From positions 2,086,158-2,150,157 of the forward strand of contig MU058781.1 in the NCBI GenBank assembly GCA_013265495.1: DNA of 64,000 nt, read 5' to 3'. The first letter of the stretch is position 1; each line of letters starts with the position of its first letter. Of this stretch, positions 1 to 12,499 are shown piece by piece. The DNA comes from Vicugna vicugna (Eukaryota). Both the position numbers and the translations under genes were made by a program. The notes below the pieces were generated by a model. It worked only from the letters and a program-made list of their open reading frames with translations, had not been told where the DNA came from and did no database searches.

Positions 1-889
1 ACACTTTGTTTTCTTAGGTTCGGAAAATCGCAGAGCAGAGATATAAAGAAGAATCTTTAACACTTGTATTTGTAACTGTCTAGCTTCCGTTTCTGTTTCT
101 TCCACTTATTATTTGTAGCAGCTTTTAATCAGGCAAGAATCTAAAACTTGCTGAAGCATTTTCAAAGCCTAACTCAAGCACATTCCCCAGACCCCAGGTC
201 TCCCTCTTTCCTTGGGAAGTGTCCAAAAATAAAAGAACTTTATTTTCTCAAATAAAATGGCTCAAAGTGTAGATCATGATTTAACATGAACTTATTTAGC
301 TGAGGAAATGAAAAACAAAAAGCGAATAAAATGCAAGGTAGAAGGATGACATTTTTAGAACAATTATTGAAAAACTTCTGGCAAATTAATAGTGTACTTT
401 CAAATCATGATTCCACCATACAAGTAAGAGAGAGACATGAATCTGGAAAAGTCCCACTGAGCCATCAGGACAACATATAAAAGCAAATGTGTTGTATGGG
501 GACAAAAGAGTACAAAGAAAATTGTATGTTTATGCTGCAATTTGGATTTAGTGAATACAAAACTTGGAACTTTAAGTGTAATTAGGAGATTGAAATGGAT
601 TCAAAGATTAGACACTGCTACCAAAAAAAAAAAAAAAAGGACAGTCACACTGATAAGTTTGCACTTCCATCTCTGGTCTCTCACCAACCTTCCACCACCA
701 CCAGAATATCCCTGTTCTCAATCTTATGATCTGAACCCCATTTTCTAACCTACGTTAGATGTCCCCACCAGTTCCCAAAGACCAATGTTTAGGGGGAGGG
801 TATGGGCCAGATAGATACAGATTTCAAAGACAGGTTCAAATTTCTAATTTATTTTCATTTGAGGAACCAATACCATTGCTTTTTCCTTC

Positions 890-1141
890 ATGAAATCTTT
901 CCCAGTCTTTCCAACAGGAAGTAATCTCTCTCTTCCCTAAACTTCCAAAGCACCGTAACACTTCCCCTTGTGGTACTTTCTACTTGTCCTCATGTGTATA
1001 TAGTGATTTATAGGAATGGCATCTTTCCTCTGGGGTGAACCTCGGATGGGAGGGTTTGGGCTTTTAGATCTTAGTATTTCCTGTTGTACTTAACACAGTG
1101 CCTTGTATTTAGTAAGTGTTGAATATGTAAATATTGGCTGA
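890..1141 (+). mobile_element. L2 3' end fragment
   Basis: acacagtgccttgtatttagtaagtgttgaata...gctgaa resembles the L2 terminus. Confidence 0.5.
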
Positions 1142-1194
1142 AAAGTTGTGTGAGATTTTATGAGATGAAGGTGTCTATTTCACAGCAGAACTTA

Positions 1195-1872
1195 CAGTGT
1201 GTCTGGATTGGACAACGACTGTGCAGCTACCAGCACTGGTAGCTTACTACCAGAGCCATGGCTCTCTGCACGACCTTGGGGCCCTGCTGGCACTGCCCTT
1301 TGCATGCGTGGAGGCCCCAGAATGTTGTAATGAAGTGTCCCGTTTTCCTACTGAGACCTTTCATTGCAATAGGGTTACATCCTTCACTGCACACCCTCAA
1401 AGTCTGAGGAAGGCAGCATAACAGAGTAAGAGCCTGGGCTCTGGTGCCAGACAGCATGGATTCTGCAGTCTCCCACTCAGATCTCCCTTCAAAAGAGAGG
1501 GGCAGAGCCCTCGAGGGCAGCTTTGGATCCCCTGCAGCACTGGTGGCAGACCTCACTTCTCTTAGACTCCTCTTAGCCATGCCTGAGCAACCCGGGCTAT
1601 TAAACTCGGCCGTCATCTGGACGAGGGATTCCCCTGCTTTGACCCGGGGTCTCCCGCTCCATCAATCTGAGGCTTCCCCAGATCTGCACAGCAGGCTGAG
1701 GCTCCTCCTCCCTGTCCTTCCTTCTTTCTCTCCTGTCACAGATACCACGCCTCGGACCTCGGTCTGAAGCCTGTCCCCACCCGCTCCTCCTTCTTCATCC
1801 TTCATGGGTGCTTCCCCTAAGAAACCTCACCTGTGTCTAATGTCACCTTGGCATTTGTTCTCTAACAACCCA
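1195..1872 (+). mobile_element. Old ERVL-type LTR (LTR33/LTR41-like)
   Basis: 3' end ccctaagaaacctcacctgtgtctaatgtcaccttggcatttgttctc resembles ERVL LTR termini; 5' boundary uncertain. Confidence 0.45.
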
Positions 1873-1879
1873 CGTGGAT

Positions 1880-2092
1880 ACAGGCTCAAATCCTGGCTCT
1901 TTCATTTTATAACCTCAAGAGGTGACTTTGGGCAAATAGTTCATTTTTGTTTTTTGTCTCCGTTTCCTCACTTGCAAAAAATGGGAAAAAATAGCACCAA
2001 CTTCATATGGCTGCTGTGAAAAGTAAATTAATTCCCACATGCAAAGCACTTAGAATAGTACCCATATACCAAGCATTCTGCAAGTGCTAGCT
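1880..2092 (+). mobile_element. MIR SINE
   Basis: gtgactttgggcaaat...gtttcctcacttgcaaaaaatggg...aaagcacttagaatagt matches the MIR core. Confidence 0.75.
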
Positions 2093-2391
2093 ATCCTGAA
2101 TTCTTCAGTGCCTTTGCTCAGTGAGCGATGCGTGTGAAACCCCTGTTGGAAGTAAACAGCACTATTACTTCAATTATCACTGGAAAGTACTCTGCTACAT
2201 GAATAACATGAATTCTCCACTCCTCTTAGTGGGCATTGCTACACTTTTAATTAATCTCCAGAATGACCTGTGGAATAACATTCTGAAACGATTCTAGGAT
2301 AATTTCCTGAGTTCCTAAGTATTCCATTATTATCTATATTAAAATAAAAGAAAAGAAGTTTGTTAGTTAAATCCTTTATTTCTGCCTATAT

Positions 2392-2622
2392 TCACTTGCT
2401 CTTCCTGACTCCTTGGTGAAAAAGAACTGCGCTTGCCCTGTTTATGACAGTTAGGAAAAGCACGACTCGACTCCTCCTTTTCTCTAGACTAAACATTTCC
2501 AGTTCCCCCAATGCTTTCTTTTTGATCTTCATTTCCAAACTATTTATCACTTGTGCTCTCTTTCTCTGAAAGTTCACCAGAGTTCCAAATAGTTGAGCCA
2601 CGCATTGAAGAAACTTCTCCAA
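2392..2622 (-). mobile_element. CR1/L3 LINE fragment
   Basis: Minus-strand translation LVNFQRKRAQVI...LGELEMFSLEKRRSR matches the CR1 ORF2 C-terminal motif LERVQRRATKMI...LKELGLFSLEKRRLRG. Confidence 0.65.
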
Positions 2623-4436
2623 AGAGGCTTAAGTGATGGAAAATAGTAACAGCAAGAGCTGAGCCTGTCTTGCCCAAAAGGCCTGCGATTACTCACATCC
2701 AAGGAAGACAGGTTCTTCCTCTGATTTATAACTTCACTTTATTGGATTAAGTGGAAGAGGTTGGTTTTGCATCTGGATCTAGTTACTATAGAAGAAATTC
2801 AGTATGAAGAGTTTCTATTTTTAATCGGAACAAAATGCATTTGTATCACTGCTAAAAAGCTAAGTTGAAAGGCTTAATAGTAACTAATTTACGTATCATT
2901 TGCTGGTAACTACATAACTAAGCAAAACTTTCAGAGGCCAGAACTTAAAACATGCTCTAAATGTTTGTTAAGAACAAACAAAAAAACCAAAAAAGCACCA
3001 ATTAAAACTAGACTTTTGTTTCCTAATACATCTTTTTTGGCAGTTAAGCTGTTTTATGGTGCCAACATCAAATCCTTGATTAGGATGTTTGTTTTGGATC
3101 CTGTTTTTAAGTAAGCACTACCTTTTGTGTCACTTACTGGTCCTTGCGAATTAGGCCTGTTTTTATCTCTTCTCCATTTGCTGAAAACAAACATAAAGCA
3201 CAGTTTTCATGGCCCCCAACTTCTGATCTGGAGCATTTGTGAGCAGAGTCATCGCAGATAGTCCACGCAGACTTGGTCAGGAGTCTTGGCTGCATATGTT
3301 GGTGTTTGTGACCGGCAGTCCAGGCCACCAGCCACCAGATTCACAACACAATGCCAGGCACTGTGTCAATCCCCCCAATCAGTGGGATCAGGAGGGGAAG
3401 GTTGAATTTCAGCTCTACAAGTGTGGAGAGAACGATGGGTTTTCTGAGAAATAGGCTGTAAGAACTTCCCCCTCTTTTTTTTTTTAACATCAGGATTATC
3501 CAGGGATACTTCCCAATAGACTAAGCTCAGTTAGCTAGGCTTCATTCAGATTCAAAAGCTGAGCCTTATCTGTAAGTAAAATAAATGAGAGACAACCACT
3601 CAAAGAGGGAAACCAGAGATTTAGAACACCCTGAGACATGGCAACAACGAGGGTGCAGCAGGGGACAGGAAGGCTACAGGACAATGAGTCTTTAGGCTCC
3701 CTAAAACAGAGCTGTGCTTTTAAAACGTTGTCATCTGAAACCAACAGGGGATTGAGAGAGAAAATTAGTTGGTATTCGGAGGCCATTGTGTTAAAAAAAA
3801 AAAAAAAACTAAAAGGTACACATGTTATAAAAAACAACAGAAACTAAAATGAAAAAAAAAAATTGAATTACAAATCACTTAAACTCTCCCACCACAAATC
3901 CCCCAGCTGTCCCAGATTTTTCTCATCAAAGGAGGTTCTGGAAGACAATCAACAAATCAGAGACGTAAACACTGAAGGAAAGAATACGATTTCCTTGGTT
4001 ACACGTGGGCCCATTCATCCAACATGGTTTCACGTATTTAAAAATTATGCTGAAGTCACTTTGGAATGTCTACACCAATTATTTTTCCCAGCTAGGAACA
4101 AAGCTCGGAATGGGAATAAGAATACAAAACAACAAAAAGTCATTAGTCAGTAGCCCAAGAGTCACAGGATTTTATAAGAAGCTATTAAATCAGCAAATCA
4201 TTTTACCATCCATCCCACACGATGGACTGGATTCCAACTCTGTTCATTGCTCTTCCCATCGCCCTTCTCTCTCCTTTCTGAAAACCCACACAAACCAAAT
4301 TCAAGGGTATGGTTGGTGAAAGTCCTCTGGACTCTGAATGAGGACCCCTGGGGCCCGGACCTAGCACTGATACAAGCTGTGTGACACTGGACCTCCGATT
4401 CTTCAGAAGTAGAGGGAAAGAGTTAGACGAGACGGT

Positions 4437-4820
4437 CTGCTAGGGCCACCATAATGAAGTACCTCAGACGGGGCAGCTTAAACACCAGAAATGTATGTTC
4501 TCACAGTTCTGGAGGCTGGAAGTCCAAGATGTAGACATTGGCTGCTTTGGTTTCTTTTGAAGTCTCTCTGCTTAGCTTGCAGATGGCTGTCTGCTCTCTT
4601 GTGTCCTCACATGGTCTTCCGTCTGTGTGCCTGTCTGAGTTCTAATCTTCTCTTCTTGTAAGAACACCAGTCATATTGGACTAGGGCCAACCCATATGAC
4701 TTCATTTTACCTTCATCACCTCTTTAAAGGTCCCACCTCCACATATAGTCACATTCTGAGGTACTGGGAGCTAGGACTCCAGCAGGCAAATTTTGGGGGA
4801 ACATAATTCAGCTCAGAACA
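4437..4820 (-). mobile_element. MaLR LTR (MLT1A/B-like)
   Basis: ctcacagttctggaggctggaagtccaagat ... gtcacattctgaggtactggg ... ttttgggggaacataattcagc. Confidence 0.8.
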
Positions 4821-7800
4821 GTCTCCAAGCTTCCTTTCAGTTCTAGAGTTCTCTGATTTCTTTTCTCTCTCAAGTACTGACTTTTCCTTCACTTATCTTC
4901 CCTATTCTCACGTGGAGAGATTCAGCCTCTCTTTTTATAGACTTCAAGGAACTGAAGTTGCATGTTTAGGCTGTCTGTAGTCTTAGTCCATTTAAGTTAA
5001 AGTCCTCCACAGGGCAGGGGACACCACCGACCATGTCATTTTCCATTGCCTGGAAAGGCTCTACTTGATGTGGTGGTCATGAGCCACACCCGGCCACTTT
5101 AATCAGCTTCTTAGAGGCACTAGCTGTGTTCCAAGTGCTTCGCAGCCACATGCACCTGGCGGCCGCCATACTGCACAGCTTGTATTTGGACCGTTCCATC
5201 ATTATACAGCCTGACACTCACTTATGCAACCTCTCTTGGGCCCCAGAATTTTCATCCTTAAGCTGGAGATGGTAAAAGTGCCCACCTCAAGGACCGACGT
5301 GAGGATGAAAGGAGTGCCCAGAGGAGGGGTGCTACCATCATGGATAGAGGATTTCGGAAGATAGCTCTGGGATACCCTACCCCAGGCCAAATTTACAGCA
5401 AGGACACCTAAGGCTATAACATAACAGCCAGGAACCAGGATCGTCACTCACTCATAGAATCCTGAGTCACACACTAGGTTTGTAGGTTTGAGGTTTCCAG
5501 TTGCTTAAACAATCCAAGGTTGATCTGGGAATGAGAAGAGGCAGAGCCCCGGTGTGGGTGGCAGTGAGCCCCTGGTGTGGGGAGGGAAGGCGGTATGCCG
5601 AGAGACTGGGTATGGGATTGGGGCCTCATAGACATTTCCTCCAAAATTGTGAAATAAAACTGGGAACGGGGCAGCACGGAACAGAGAAAATGTCAGAGTG
5701 GCCTGTCCAGGGTGGTCTGAGAGACGCCGCAACCACACCATCTCCAAACATGTCTGCCATCCCTCCCCAGAGAATTCCTACTTGGGATTCCAACTGCTGG
5801 ATCTACTGATTAGGCAACGAAGAAAGGAACCTTCTCTCTGGATGGTGATTATCAAAATGCATCTGTAAGCAGGAGGCAGAGGTTCAGGGGTGCTGATGCG
5901 GGCAGAACTCTTCACTCTGTTCTATCCCTTTACCACCACTTTGGTCTACAAAGACAGGAAGATGGTCCCTCTTGGACGAGCACACAAAACAGACAGGGTT
6001 CCTGGTTGTAAATAAAATCACTTGAATTTTTGTGTTTCTGACAGAGTTACTACAGTACTTGGCTAGTATTTACATACGTTCTAGCAAACCTCCCCCAGCA
6101 TCTCCTTATAATTACAAGCACAGACAACAGATCTTTCTAATTAATGCCACCAAGTTCAGCTTTTCCTCCTCCGCTGCTGTCAGCGTTTGAACTTTCAAGC
6201 ATCAGGGGGGAAATATTAAATGTATCCTCCCCAACTAGAGCCAATCTTCTTACACCATTAGGATTTGAAAGGGCTATCTGAGCAGGTCTAATGAAAAGAG
6301 ATAGACAACACGCCCAGCTTTACCAAACCACAATGAAGCAAAGTTTGATTAGGATTTTAAAGGGAAAGAGTGTGAGAAAAGGGGTCAGACAAGGAAAAGA
6401 TGATTGCAGTGCCTTTGGGGAAACTGCCTTTCGGAGGTCACTATCTGATCTGAGTCATTAGCATCCCGTTATGTCAAAAAATGCCATGTCTGACTGGACA
6501 ATTTTGGAAGACTCCTTTTTGCAGGAGGGCACAAAGCTCAGGGAGTTGAGTGGTAGTCAGGATGTGCAGAAAGACACCACGTTGGCTGGCCCTTAAGGAC
6601 ATTCTTACATTTGCAAGGGGAGGGGAAGGAGTGTGAAACATGCTACCTGGTTACAGAAAGGGGCAGAGACCTAAATTCACTGGCCTTGGAGCAGGGCTTC
6701 TGCTTTGCCCATCTCTTCCCAATCTCAGTAAGCTGTCTCCACCCCGGAAGGGCCATCACACTGGAAAACTCCACGCAATGACTCCATCCCTTGTAAACAT
6801 GCTTATCTGAAAAAATTCTACCCTGCTTGAAGATTCTAAAGCCTGCATAAATCCAGTTCAGATTAAACTATTGCAAAAAAAAAAAAAAAACCAAAAGGGT
6901 AATTATTTAGTCCTTCACCTTTGAACCCAAGATGCCAAAGCACTCTTGCCCATTGAAAAGTCTAATCTATTCAAGCATATCAGCAGGGGGGGGCACTTCT
7001 GGTGGGGTTTTATTTGCCTGAGAAGGGAATGGCTTATGGGAAGGAAGTCATCCCAGACAACGGTGTAAGAATTCATTTTCTCTTCATTTTTGGAGGAGCT
7101 GGGGGCTATGGGTGGCTCCTCTCTGGACACCCAGCCAGCCCCTCACAGTCTTGAGGAAGAGCAAGCACCCTTGAGGACGAGCTCTAGAAGGTGGCTTAGG
7201 AATGGGGTAACAGCTGTAGGGGCACAGGATGTTCCTCCACCTCAGCACAGTCCAGTCACTGTACTGACGGGATCTGAGGGCACAGAATGAAGTACCGGCC
7301 ATGGATGGGCAGTAGTAAGGGCCATCTCAGAGGTGATCTGATCCTCGCTGCTAGAATCAGTAACCTGGGGGCCCAGCCATGCAGCCTCTAAAGAGTGCAG
7401 TGGGCGTGCCACTGCTGCCACCACAAGGTGGTTTTGGGGAGCCAAGAGGGCTTCTTAGGAAAGTGTGTAAGAAACTCTATGGAAATTTCCATTGCTAGCT
7501 GGGACTGATTAGAGATGCCCCGAGGCTCTTAAAGTCCACAATTTGTGGTTAAATTGAAGAGAGCAGCTATTACTAGTATGTTATAGAAAAGTATGTTACA
7601 TATACATCCTGTGAACACAAAGTGATGAGACATTGCCATAAATTATACCTGAAAAGCAATCTCATCATTTACAGACACGTGTAAGGTAGAAACATCATTC
7701 TACTAACTTTACTATGTGTTTGTGTTTGGTTTCGTTTGAATCCCCAGGATGAGGCTTAAAACAAAACAAAAGGGTTTGAGTTAATCAAATCTCCTTGTGG

Positions 7801-8764
7801 TTGATCAGCAAGATGGCAGATCCGCTGGAGTTGGAGTTGAGTCAGAGTTCCAGACTCCCTCAAAGAATCAGGTCTTCAGAGTTCAGTGCTCTCCCACCCC
7901 AGGCCCCTCTGAATTATGCTCTACTGGGCTGCAGAATCCTGACCTCACAGCGTAATGCTCTCATCAGCGAGGCTCACCACAAATCCTTACTCTGAAGACG
8001 TTGCTCCACTGAAGCCCCAGCGATACTTGAGCCATCTCAGGGTAGGGCCAGACTTCAAGAGTTACTCCTGGCAGACTTGTTTATCACCAGTGCAGGCTGC
8101 CCACCTTCTGAGGTTACAATCAATGATTATGGGTAAAGTCTGCTTTGAATTTGTTGGAAAAGGGGGAACAATTTGTCGGAACAGTGTATTTGGTTCAGGC
8201 AATTCATTTTGAGGGTTTTGGTCCCCAAATTTCCTGCATCATAATCACGATCCATTTTCACAGTCACTAGATTATCAAATCCTGTGTATATAAAATAGAA
8301 AAAAAAGGAGCTTTCAAATTTGTAAGTTAAAGTGGTGGTACAAATGTTATTTGGGACACAGTGAAACAGTATTCAGAATTAACCTCTGGCCGTCAAAAGC
8401 TAACTGCGACAGAGACTGCTTTTGCCATGTTTTTAGATATGGTAAAAATTAGGTACAACGTTGTTTAGAAATCATAGGCTTGCTGATCTCTTCTGCTTTT
8501 CGGGGATTAAAGAAAATACAACCTGCTCTACCACACTTTAAATGGACAAAAAATTATGCATGGGGGGCGATTTTCTTGTCTTTTGTTTGCACATCCAGTC
8601 TGGGGGCAATGTTCTACATCAAAATAATTTTTCCTGTTTATTAGAATGTGTTTATGAGGGTTCACTGAAACATATTCCTTATGTATGCTAATTTATTGGT
8701 TTTGAAATATTTTTTCACTTTGTCAAGTTCACTTTCCCAAAAAGTGTTGAAAAATTAGGGTGTT

Positions 8765-8848
8765 GGCCCCCCCTGGTGCCGTATTTGGAGAACTGCACCT
8801 GCGTGTGTGAGACCCTCTAGAAACGATAAGAGTGCCCTCTAGTGCATA
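8765..8848 (-). promoter_or_regulatory. Pair of putative CTCF sites
   Basis: Minus strand TGCAGTTCTCCAAATACGGCACCAGGGGGGGCC (upstream module + core) and GCACTAGAGGGCACT. Confidence 0.6.
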
Positions 8849-9029
8849 GAAGCAGAGTAAAGCTACAAATTCAATGCTAATCACCAATTGAATACTCGTG
8901 AAAAAGAGTAAAACTACAAAACCCTAAAACTACATGGAAAAAAGTGACCAATTATGCCCTAACTATGAGCCAAGCATCGTGCTAAGGCCCGTAGAGTACT
9001 GGTGCTTTGGGTGTCCATTGCTGTGGTTG

Positions 9030-9490
9030 GTACACATCATTTCCAAAGGCAGTAGCTTAAACAATAATCGTTCACTATCTCCCACGGTTTCTGTGAGCCA
9101 GGAATTGAGAAGCAGCTCTGTCAGATGTTTCTGGATGGAGGTTCCTCACGAGACTGCAGTCATAGTGACTGGGGCATCTCAAAGCCTTGTTTGCTCATGT
9201 GTCTGGTGGCTTAACTGGTAAAAGGACCTGGGGCAGGAACAACCAGCCTCTCCCTGTCTCTCTCTAGTCCCTCCACTGGTTCCCCAGCACAGCCAGACTT
9301 CTTTCAGGTTGGCTTAGGGATGCCAACACAGTGTCCCAAAGAAGTGAGCGGGGAGGAAGTGGTACTGCTTTTGTATGAGCTAGACTCAGAAGTCCTGCAG
9401 CATCACCTCTGCTGTGCTCTACAGAAAGAGGCAGTAACAGAGGTCCACCCACGTTCAAGGGGAGGGACTGTAACCTTCACCTGGGATGGG
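9030..9490 (-). mobile_element. MaLR LTR (older MLT1 subfamily)
   Basis: gtagcttaaacaataat...ctcccacggtttctgtgagccaggaatt...catcacctctgctgtgctcta. Confidence 0.6.

Positions 9491-9523
<33 letters not shown>
9491..9523. repeat. (TA)n microsatellite
   Basis: Direct reading. Confidence 0.9.
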
Positions 9524-9579
9524 ATTCTCTCCAAATCCAACGAGGTGGTTATTATCATTCTCCTAATTTTACAGTTAAG

Positions 9580-9672
9580 AATTTTTTTTAAGGGAGGTAC
9601 TTGGGATTGAACCCAGGACCTCCTGCACACTAAGCATGCACTCTACCACTGAGCTATCCCCATCTCCCCTCC
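9580..9672 (-). mobile_element. Young tRNA-derived SINE (camelid vic-1-like)
   Basis: Minus strand reads ggggatagctcagtggtagagtgcatgcttagtgtgcaggaggtcctgggttcaatccc (A and B boxes) plus A tail; perfect 15-bp TSD aattttacagttaag at 9565-9579 and 9673-9687. Confidence 0.85.
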
Positions 9673-9784
9673 AATTTTACAGTTAAGGGAATGAGGTCGA
9701 GACATAAAACTTTGCTTCATATGTCCTTTCAACGCCACACTAGAGCATTGTCTAATGAGCCAAGTGAAGTGTTAGCTGTACATG

Positions 9785-10022
9785 GCTTTCAGGCTTGGCA
9801 CTACTGACAGACTGAGCCAGGTAATTATTTGTTGTGAGAGCTGTCTTTCTGGGCAGGTAATTAGTTGTATTGGACACTGTTCAGCAGCATCCCTGGCCTC
9901 CACCTACCCAATGCCAAAAGCATCCTCTCCCTCCCCTGAGCTGTGATAACTAAAACTGTCTCCAGACATTGTCACATATCTCACGGGATGGGGTGCAACT
10001 CTGGCCCCACTGAGAACCACTG
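9785..10022 (+). mobile_element. MER20 hAT DNA transposon
   Basis: ggcactactgaca...gcagcatccctggcctccaccta...tgtctccagacattgtca...tgagaaccactg. Confidence 0.75.
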
Positions 10023-10239
10023 TTTTAGGGAAAGTAACTTTGATTATTTACTATTAATTAGGCCAGACTCTGTAAAGTTAATGTTCATTTATAGAAGATC
10101 TATCTGTTGCAATTTATTCCTGTCCAGTAGAAAATATAAATCCTACAGACCATGGTTTTATTGCTTTATAGGGCATTGATCAGTTTCAATCTAATTTGTA
10201 ATCTTATTTCAGCATTCTTTTCATCCTCAAGCATGCAGG

Positions 10240-10442
10240 TAAGAAACAAAAGGGGCAAACTTCTTCCTCAGCCTTCTGTTCTGGTCAGGCCCTCAATGGA
10301 TTGAAGGATGACCAGACAAACTGAGAAGGACAATGTGAAGTATTACTGAATCCACCCATTCAAATGCTAATCTCATCCAGAAACACCCTTACAAGCACAC
10401 CCAGAAATAATCTGGCACTCTTTGGCTCAGTCTAGTTAACAC
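10240..10442. mobile_element. MaLR/ERVL LTR fragment (MLT1E/MLT2-like)
   Basis: ttcaaatgctaatctcatccagaaacacccttacaagcacacccagaaataat. Confidence 0.65.
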
Positions 10443-10449
10443 CTTACTT

Positions 10450-11700
10450 TTTAGCATTTCTGTAGCCTTCATTTCTTTGTGTGAAACTAAGTTCCTAGTG
10501 TTATAGTCCTTCTGCTAAAGTACTTCTTTAACTTTTCTTTTTAGCACAGGTCTGCCGGTAATGAATTCTCTCAGCTTTTATTTGTCCAAATCAAAATTTG
10601 ACTTCATTTTTGAAAGATGTGGAATTCTGAGTTGGTAGTTTTTTTTTTTCTTTCAGTATTTTAAAGGTATCATTCCATTGTCTTCCGGGTTGTATATGTT
10701 CTAATGAGAAATCTACTGTAATTTTATTTGGACTGCCTTCAAGATTTTCTCTTAATCTTTGTTTCCAGCAGTTTGAATATTACTTGTTTAGGTGCATTTC
10801 TTTTTCTCTCATTTATGCTGCTTAGGGTTTCCTGTACTTCTTGGACATGCATTTTGAAGTCATTTATTATTTTTGTTTGCTCTTCAAATATTGCCTGTTC
10901 CCATTCTTTCTCTTTTCTTTTGCTTGTATGGCATTTAACCTGTCTTCCTCTCATGCTTTCACCTAGGTATGACAGTGCTTACATCCTTAGAAGGGCCTAT
11001 CTTCTTTAAATTTCAGACTTCTTGGCTGTCCAGCAACCTTAATTCTCCAACGGGTTCAAAAAGAGTTGTGATGTTACAGTTTACATTGCATTTTCTTGTT
11101 ATTATGGTGGAAGTGATGTTTTCTTTCTAAGATACAGTTTTCCTTATCTTAAGGATAAATGGAACTTGACATAATTTTCAATTTTGCTATAATTTAAAAT
11201 TTAGACAGAAGTTGCAAAAATAGTAAGAGAAACTCCCAAATAACCTTTTTCCAGATTCATCAATTATTTATATTTGCCTCCTTTGCTTTATCATTCTCTC
11301 TGTATCTATTGTATATAAATTTATCTATCTACATCTATTTTTACATATCTTATGTATTATTTGAAAATTGGTTGTATCTTTTACACTAAATACTTTAATG
11401 ATTATTTTGTGAGGATTTGTCCTTATAAACAATAGTATATTTATCAATATAAGCTTAACATTAAGAACATATTTGTATACCTATATCATACATACTATAT
11501 ATATAATTAAGCCTACAATACGCAGAAAGACTTCTCAGAATTGCCAACCCATCCCCCTGTATAAAGCAATCCTATTAACTAGAGCTGAATAACTCACTAC
11601 AGTTTTTTTTAGGTAAAATTTAAATACATTGAAATGCATAAATACTAAATGTTTAATTTAATGAGCTTTAAAAATTTACATGCTCCTAATATCACACTGA
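10450..11700 (-). mobile_element. Old L1 fragments (ORF1 region and L1MC/ME-type 3' pieces)
   Basis: Minus-strand VQEVQETLSSINE...PKQVIFKLLETKIKRK resembles L1 ORF1p; T-rich degenerate L1 sequence follows. Confidence 0.6.
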
Positions 11701-12499
11701 AATTTAACCTCTTCTTTGAAGACTGCCTAGGCTAGCCTCCACATGCAACTTGAACATCTCTCTATTACAAAACTTACTGTAATTATTTCTCTAATCACTA
11801 GACTATGAACTCACTAAAGAAAGAGATTATGCCTCTTCATTTTTGGCCCCTGACTTTCAAACAATATATGGTATATAGCAAGGTATCAATAAAAGTTTGC
11901 TAAATAAGTAAAATGGCATTGGAACTAACAGCAGGCAGTTTTAAATAAGGGAGTTGTGTAATTTTTAAAGTTGAGATCTGCTTACTACTTCTACTAAATC
12001 ACCAGTAAGACATATATGGTAAGAACAGTCAAGACATGAAAGGAAAAAAAAAAAAAGACAGCAGTTGGAATGCTAATAAATCATTATGTTCTTATAACTC
12101 TTTACAAAGACATGAAACTCTTTTAATCATTCATGCAGGCTTTGAAATTGGTGGGTGGTACAAATAACTACCACTCTATTTATATAGTAAGACCTTCAGT
12201 TTTAACAAGATATTTAAAAGTAAACATATGTTACCTGTCCAAAAGTTAATAGAGAACTTTTTTGTAGTTCCTGATTGATATTCTGACACCTGAAATTTAT
12301 TATTTTCAGTTGTCTAAAAGCAGTGCATAATCAAATCTATTGACAGACATATTTTTTCAATATCACTATCTTGGCAAAGGGAGAGGCTAAATGGAAATTT
12401 GATTATGCAGTTGCTTCTGAGTTATGTCTGGAGTTCTTTTTCTTACGAAAAAGATAAAGAAAAATACATGCTCTTTTGAATATAATTAATTAAGTAAAA

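Noticed and set aside
9590..9665. tRNA-like sequence
   Set aside because: A tail, TSDs and degenerate stems mark it as a SINE, not a tRNA gene.
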